Positions 58,892-64,000 of a DNA stretch of 64,000 nucleotides are shown here, piece after piece. This stretch comes from Nannocystales bacterium. GTDB lineage: Bacteria; Myxococcota_A; Polyangia; Nannocystales; Nannocystaceae. The position numbers and the translations under genes are program-made. Each line of letters starts with the position of its first letter. The first letter of the stretch is position 1. Where the stretch lies: assembly GCA_050633305.1 (NCBI GenBank), contig JBOEGF010000004.1, positions 160,001 through 224,000 on the forward strand. The letters run 5' to 3'. The notes under the pieces were generated by a model. It ran no database searches. It had not been told where the DNA came from and saw only the letters and a program-made list of their open reading frames with translations.

Positions 58892-60049
58892 CTACCCGTG
58901 GGAGGGAAGGGGAGACGGCGCGGGCGCGGTGGAGACGACGCGGTCCTGCACGATTTGAAGCCATCGTGTGGAGACGAGGCTTCGGGTCAACGCGTTGCTG
59001 ACGTACAGGGAGGTTGGGCTTCCCGGCTGGGTCGTTGCCGGGTCGACGCACAAGCGCCCGTTCCAGCTCGGGTCTCCATAGACCAACGGACCGAGCAGCT
59101 CATGCCCCTTCTTCTCGGAGGTGAGGACGCCAGCGCCCGAGGACCCGTGACACACGAAGAGGTCAGTGGGGACCAAGTTGGCGGTTGGGTTCCCGAAGCG
59201 GCGGCGGGCGCCGCCCCCGTCCGCAGCCCCCCAGTTCTTCGACTTCAGGGGCAGCAGCGCGTTGGCGTCACCGCCGATGTAGTGGTGATTCGAGGTCTGG
59301 CTCCCCGGGGCTTTGGCGGTGTAGTGGTCGAAGCGGTTGATTGCGTCCGCATCTCCGTCGGGTCGTTCTGAGGGGATATTGAGGACCTCATGGGGCCAGT
59401 ACATGTCCACTGCGCCTTGGCCAGAGTCCGAGCTCGCGACCGGGATCCACGCTGCGTCGTCCGGGCGTCCTGGGCAGTGCACCAAAGCGATGTCGGCCAC
59501 CAACGAGCAGTCGTAGGGCTCGTGCTGTGAGGACGAATCGGCGCAGCGTTTGACGACCTCGCACTCGTACGTGTCGACCTCGTAACCCGGGAGACCATCG
59601 ATGGGATACACGCGCTCAATGTTGGGGAAGACGCCCTCGACCACCGAGCCGAAGGCGACCGACCACGGGCTTAGGTTCGAGATGTCGTACTGCTCCACGG
59701 TCGCCTCGGGTGGAGTTTCCTGCGACTGGTCAACACAGTGTCCCGCGGTGATGGCGTACCGCGGCGAGATGAAGGTGATCCCGCAAGAGGTCCGGAACGG
59801 GTCTCCGCCGGGGGTGTACAAGGCCGAGCCGCTGGAGTTTCGGATGGAGTCGAGGATGGCGCCCGTCGCCCCCGCCGCGACGGACGAGTCCTGGGCGAGA
59901 TCGAAGTGCGTGAAGAGTGCGTCCCACTGTGCTCGAAGCTCTGCGTCGTCCGCGAGTTCTTCGATGGGGTCGCCCCCAAGCTGCGGGTCGTCACACCCCG
60001 CGAGCGAGGAGAGGAGCACGAGGCCGAGGGTGGTGCATGATCGTTTCAT
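58892..60049 (-). CDS. Trypsin-like serine protease, lipoprotein
   Basis: LAGC lipobox; CGITFI...TAGHC, DIAL, GSSG catalytic triad. Confidence 0.88.
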   Translation of the reverse strand: MKRSCTTLGLVLLSSLAGCDDPQLGGDPIEELADDAELRAQWDALFTHFDLAQDSSVAAGATGAILDSIRNSSGSALYTPGGDPFRTSCGITFISPRYAITAGHCVDQSQETPPEATVEQYDISNLSPWSVAFGSVVEGVFPNIERVYPIDGLPGYEVDTYECEVVKRCADSSSQHEPYDCSLVADIALVHCPGRPDDAAWIPVASSDSGQGAVDMYWPHEVLNIPSERPDGDADAINRFDHYTAKAPGSQTSNHHYIGGDANALLPLKSKNWGAADGGGARRRFGNPTANLVPTDLFVCHGSSGAGVLTSEKKGHELLGPLVYGDPSWNGRLCVDPATTQPGSPTSLYVSNALTRSLVSTRWLQIVQDRVVSTAPAPSPLPSHG

Positions 60050-60180
60050 GGTGGAGCGAGGCAACCGACGTCGTGCGGTGCCGGCTCCGATAGACGACTG
60101 CGGAGGTCGTTCGATCACGGAAGAATCGGGAGGCCGCGCCCTTCTTCGGCTGGGGTCTTCGCCCGGGAAGCCCGAAGCGT

Positions 60181-61896
60181 CTACGAACCAAGCTCGGCGA
60201 TGATGCCTTCGACGCGCACCTGGTCGCGTCGTCGTCCCGGGGTCAGCTCGAGGTAGCGCTGGTAGTGCCCGAGCGCCTCGCTGTCGTTGCCCAGCTCTCG
60301 CTCGATGTCACCGAGCAAGCGGTGCAGGTCGCCGACGTCGGGTCCCAGCGCGAGTGCGACCTTGGCAGACCACAGCGCACGGCCGGGATACCCTTCGGTG
60401 AGCAGTCCCCGGGCATGACGCACCAACTCGATCGCCTCTTGGTAGTCCCGATAGGCTTCCGCGTAGAGCAGCGGGTCGGGGGGGATGTCGCCCAGTGGCG
60501 TCGACGGAGCATCGTCGCGTCCCAACAGCTCGCGGAGATCGAAGGCCTGGAAACGGCCCAGGCTCGAGGGCCCCTCGGACACCCAAAGCACCATGGCGGA
60601 AGCGTCGACCACCACGGTGTGGGTGCTCGAGAGATTGTCCAGCGCGTTACGGTTCCCGAGCCCCAACACCGCCCCGCCGAGGCCTCGGCGATCGCGAAGC
60701 ACGGCTGCGGCACGCTCGGGCTCAATGGGCCCGGGCTCGGAGAGAAGCTCTTCGAGCCGGTCGTAGCGGTAACCGCTGGAGGTGTACCGCCGGATCCAAT
60801 CGTTCTGGAGGTCAGCCTCGAACGCTTCTTTGACCATGTGGTTGGTTGCCCAGACGATGGCATCGTCTTCGCCACGAATCGTCCGCCGGTCCTCTCGGTC
60901 CCGGGCGGCGAGTTCGAGGACCATCGAGGTGCGCTGGACACCGTCGCCGACCAGGACGACCGCCGAGGTCCGCAGCTTGGCCTCCTGAAGCATGGTCGCG
61001 GCGGTCTCGAGGGTATCGGCGCGCTCGAGAACGTCGCGTAGCACCAGCGGTAGCGGGGCGCCTTCTTCCAGGGGGTCGTCGGTGCGCGCCGCGTTGACGG
61101 CCACGAAGATCCCGCGGGCGTTGATGCCGGTCACCACGCCGAGCATTCCAGCCCAGCCCACGGACACGTACGGGTACCGACCGTCAGGGCGCACGACGGT
61201 GACCACGGGGTCAACATCCAACTTTCCGTCGGTGTCGATGCTGAGCGAGCGGCCGATCACCAGGTTTCCACGCTCGGAGGATCCGGGGCGTTTGGAGCTG
61301 GCGGCGAACATCGATCCCTCGAGCACAACGTCCTCGAGGCGTTGGGAGAGCCCGTGAATGCACTGATACAGGAACAGGCGCTGATAGGCGCTCATTCGGT
61401 CGCTGCGCGCCTCGGGGATGGCGGCGGCCAGCGCCGCGAGTTCGAGTCGGCGCTCCTGGGCGAGGTACGTGTCCGCAGCCCGGTAGTCCCAGCGAAGCAG
61501 CATCGAGGCGGTCCACTGCTCGACGCCGGAGCCATACCGGCCGCCGACGTAGTCGAGCATGTCGCGGTCGACCTCGTCGAAGAGCCGGGAGCCCAATCGG
61601 CCATGGGCATCGCCGATGGCGACCGGGGAGCCTTCCAGATGCATCTCCCAGATCTTTCCATCGCGGGTGAGGCTGGCGCGTCCGTAGTGGACGGTGCGAC
61701 CGGTCTCGTCGACGGTGAACGTGGAGGGGGCGACCTCGACTTCGGGCCCGTCGAGTTCGGTGAACCCGAGGTAGCCGGAGTAGCTCACGGCGACAAACAC
61801 GAACGCCAACCCCGCGAGGACCCCGACCGCCCGAAGCAGGGCGAACACGCGGGAATCGACCGTGCGAGGGCCGCCGCCGAGGCTCGAGCGCGCCAT
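60181..61896 (-). CDS. C45 family (Ntn-hydrolase)-like protein with N-terminal TM and C-terminal TPR
   Basis: LEGSP..IG.AHG, SVGWAG..GV.TGIN..G, LR.VLE.A.TL, ATNH, RY.RL.ELL, H.VV.D. Confidence 0.85.
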   Translation of the reverse strand: MARSSLGGGPRTVDSRVFALLRAVGVLAGLAFVFVAVSYSGYLGFTELDGPEVEVAPSTFTVDETGRTVHYGRASLTRDGKIWEMHLEGSPVAIGDAHGRLGSRLFDEVDRDMLDYVGGRYGSGVEQWTASMLLRWDYRAADTYLAQERRLELAALAAAIPEARSDRMSAYQRLFLYQCIHGLSQRLEDVVLEGSMFAASSKRPGSSERGNLVIGRSLSIDTDGKLDVDPVVTVVRPDGRYPYVSVGWAGMLGVVTGINARGIFVAVNAARTDDPLEEGAPLPLVLRDVLERADTLETAATMLQEAKLRTSAVVLVGDGVQRTSMVLELAARDREDRRTIRGEDDAIVWATNHMVKEAFEADLQNDWIRRYTSSGYRYDRLEELLSEPGPIEPERAAAVLRDRRGLGGAVLGLGNRNALDNLSSTHTVVVDASAMVLWVSEGPSSLGRFQAFDLRELLGRDDAPSTPLGDIPPDPLLYAEAYRDYQEAIELVRHARGLLTEGYPGRALWSAKVALALGPDVGDLHRLLGDIERELGNDSEALGHYQRYLELTPGRRRDQVRVEGIIAELGS

Positions 61897-61958
61897 CGCC
61901 GGGTCATAGCCCTTTGTGGCGTCCAGCGCCACCACGGGCTGCTAGGCTTCGCCCCGCC

Positions 61959-62645
61959 GTGTTCTCCGTGCGAGCCTCCACACGTCTGGGCCTGGTCCTT
62001 CTCGCAGCGATGGCCGCTTGCGAGCCGGAAACGCCGCCCACCGCTGCAGATGCGCCCCCCAGTGCTGAGGATGCGCCGACCTCGGCCTCCTTCGAGCCGG
62101 GCAAAACGCCGGCTGTGCTCACATTCGCCGCCGAGCGCGGATCGTTCACAGACTCCTCGAAGGTGGAGGACGTCCCCGAGGGCTCCCGTGGCTTGGTGCG
62201 CGTCAGTCTGCTCGAAGGGCCCAAACCGCCCCCGGGTCAGGTCTGGGTCGCCAACCTGAAGTCGAGCGCAGACGCTTCGGTCGAACTGTCGACGGTTGCG
62301 CGCGGGATGTTCGAAGAACTGGCGCTGGGCCAGGGCCTCAGCTCGGAAGTCTCACTGCCCGAAGGCCTGGAGCCACCGCCGCAAGTCGCTGCAAACACCG
62401 GGGAGGTCATCGTCTACAAAACAGCCTGGTGCGGGGTCTGCAAGAAGGTGCAGAGCTACCTGGACCGCAAGGGCGTGAAGTACGTCTCGAAGGACATCGA
62501 GAAAGACCGCGCGGCCGCGGCGGAACTCCAGGGCAAGGCGGCGAAGGCGGGAATCGGGACCGGCAGCGTCCCTGTGATCGATGTGGGCGGTGAGTTGATG
62601 GTGGGCTTTGACCGCGGCCGGCTCGAAAAGCTCCTCGCCGGATAA
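61959..62645 (+). CDS. Glutaredoxin-domain protein with lipoprotein-like signal
   Basis: LAAMAAC; VYKTAWCGVCKK, DIEKD, SVPVIDVGG..MVGF. Confidence 0.88.
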   Translation: MFSVRASTRLGLVLLAAMAACEPETPPTAADAPPSAEDAPTSASFEPGKTPAVLTFAAERGSFTDSSKVEDVPEGSRGLVRVSLLEGPKPPPGQVWVANLKSSADASVELSTVARGMFEELALGQGLSSEVSLPEGLEPPPQVAANTGEVIVYKTAWCGVCKKVQSYLDRKGVKYVSKDIEKDRAAAAELQGKAAKAGIGTGSVPVIDVGGELMVGFDRGRLEKLLAG

Positions 62646-62670
62646 GGCCCGTGGCGGTAGGCTTCCGCCC

Positions 62671-64000
62671 GTGATTCGCGTCCCAAAGGCGTCCGTGCTG
62701 CCGTCCATCGTGTTGAGCCTGTGTGGTGTCGTCGCCTGTGCTCCGGAGCCGCTGATCGGCGAGGACGTGATGCCGCTGGACGGTGCCATGCACCTGCAGG
62801 GGACCGGGCAGGCCCAGGCCTTCGGCCGCAATGACGATGCGGCCGTGAAGCCTGGGAACGAATCGCACGCTGGCCACGCGCCGGACCCGTACGCGGGACT
62901 GGAGGCGGCGTTGCGCGAGCGCTGGGTGCACCGGGAGGTCCACGAGGAAGAGGGCGTTGATGTCGCTACGACGGTCGACCTCCTGCGACAAGAGGCCGAG
63001 GCAGCCCGGGGCCGCGGCGAGCGACGCAGCGCTGTGCGCCGAGCGACCTGCCGACTCGGAGATGGTCAGCTGCAGATGGACGAAGCCGGCGGGTCGCTTC
63101 ACAGCGACTCGGGGCTGCGTGTGCGCGCTGTGGGTCCGGCGTTCCTGCTCGAAGGGACGGACGGGCGCTACGGCAAGGCACTGGCCGCCGGCGATCGCAT
63201 TGTGGAGGTCGACGGGGCTGAGGTCGTTCCCTGGGCGGACACCACGTGCGCCGGTCCTGGGTCCACGGCTGCACATCGGCGGGCCCGCCTGGCGGAGAGC
63301 TTGGAGCGCGGCCGCGCGGGGCGAAGCGCATCCCGGCTGCGCCCGGAGACCATCACGGTGCGCCAGGCGAAGACCGGGAAGGTCCGCTCGGTGACGCTGT
63401 CCTGGAAGCCAGAAGACGACGCAACATGCGTCAGCGGAGAGGCGATCACCGGGGATGTTGGCGTCATCACGGTACGGGCTCTGAACTGCGAGCCCGCGGC
63501 GTTCGATGCTCAACTCACCAGCGCGGTCCGCTCGGCGGGCAGTGGTCATCTCCTGTTGGACCTCCGCCGCGTAGTCGGGGACGACGAGCGCAACGCCCAA
63601 GTCCTGGCCCGTCGGTTCACCCCCGCGGCGACCGTGTGGGCTTCGAAGCGCCGCGGTACTCAGGGCGGGTTTTCCTCGGTCGCGCTGCCCGAGGCGGAGC
63701 CTGCCGTGTCAGCATCTCAGCGTTGGCTGCTGGTCAGTCCGCGCTGTGATGCAAGCTGTGAACTCGCGGCCGCGGTGATCGCTTCGGACAACCTCGTGAC
63801 CACGGTCGGAACCCCCACCGCCGGAAGCGCGGCCGAGACGGAGCCTGTCGCGATCGGCAAAGGAATCACCGTCCAGGTGCCGGTCGTGCAATATGCGCTT
63901 CCCGGGAGTTCAACGTTGCTCGAGGGTCGTGGCATCACGCCCGACGTCGCGGTGACGGCCACCATCGACGTGCTGGGCCGAGGGCACGACCCCGAGGTGA
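62671..64000 (+). CDS. S41 family (tail-specific protease)-like lipoprotein with PDZ-like domain; partial, runs off the window
   Basis: Hand-translated open frame from GTG 62671, absent from the ORF track: VVAC lipobox, GDRIVEVDG, LLLDLR, LLVSPRCDASCE, VGTPTAG, LEGRGITPDV. Confidence 0.85.
   Translation, partial: MIRVPKASVLPSIVLSLCGVVACAPEPLIGEDVMPLDGAMHLQGTGQAQAFGRNDDAAVKPGNESHAGHAPDPYAGLEAALRERWVHREVHEEEGVDVATTVDLLRQEAEAARGRGERRSAVRRATCRLGDGQLQMDEAGGSLHSDSGLRVRAVGPAFLLEGTDGRYGKALAAGDRIVEVDGAEVVPWADTTCAGPGSTAAHRRARLAESLERGRAGRSASRLRPETITVRQAKTGKVRSVTLSWKPEDDATCVSGEAITGDVGVITVRALNCEPAAFDAQLTSAVRSAGSGHLLLDLRRVVGDDERNAQVLARRFTPAATVWASKRRGTQGGFSSVALPEAEPAVSASQRWLLVSPRCDASCELAAAVIASDNLVTTVGTPTAGSAAETEPVAIGKGITVQVPVVQYALPGSSTLLEGRGITPDVAVTATIDVLGRGHDPEV

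Overview
GC-rich bacterial chromosomal segment, inferred to be myxobacterial (Myxococcota) from a MYXO-CTERM protein, TPR-fused Ser/Thr kinases and many lipoproteins. It holds about 50 credible CDSs, one tRNA-Leu(CAA) and housekeeping genes (ggt, purM, accD, folC, mazG, phoH, ybeY, rarA, pdxJ, bolA). I saw no CRISPR array, integrase or transposase. The best candidate for an undescribed system is a five-gene operon at 19041-28798 in which every junction is a 4-nt start/stop overlap. It encodes (1) a membrane Ser/Thr kinase with intact motifs, (2) a pseudokinase-TM-pentaheme cytochrome c fusion, (3) a dual cNMP-binding/4x[4Fe-4S]/His-bearing membrane protein, (4) a tetraheme cytochrome-TM-ferredoxin-circularly permuted FAD/NAD(P)H reductase and (5) an exported VWA protein. 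Together these suggest a transmembrane electron conduit linked to phosphorylation and cyclic-nucleotide signalling. Other highlights are a candidate sigma54-driven four-hairpin sRNA at ~13321-13478, two more structured intergenic elements, and several enzymes with substituted catalytic residues. All product calls come from recognising motifs by eye; no database searches were run.
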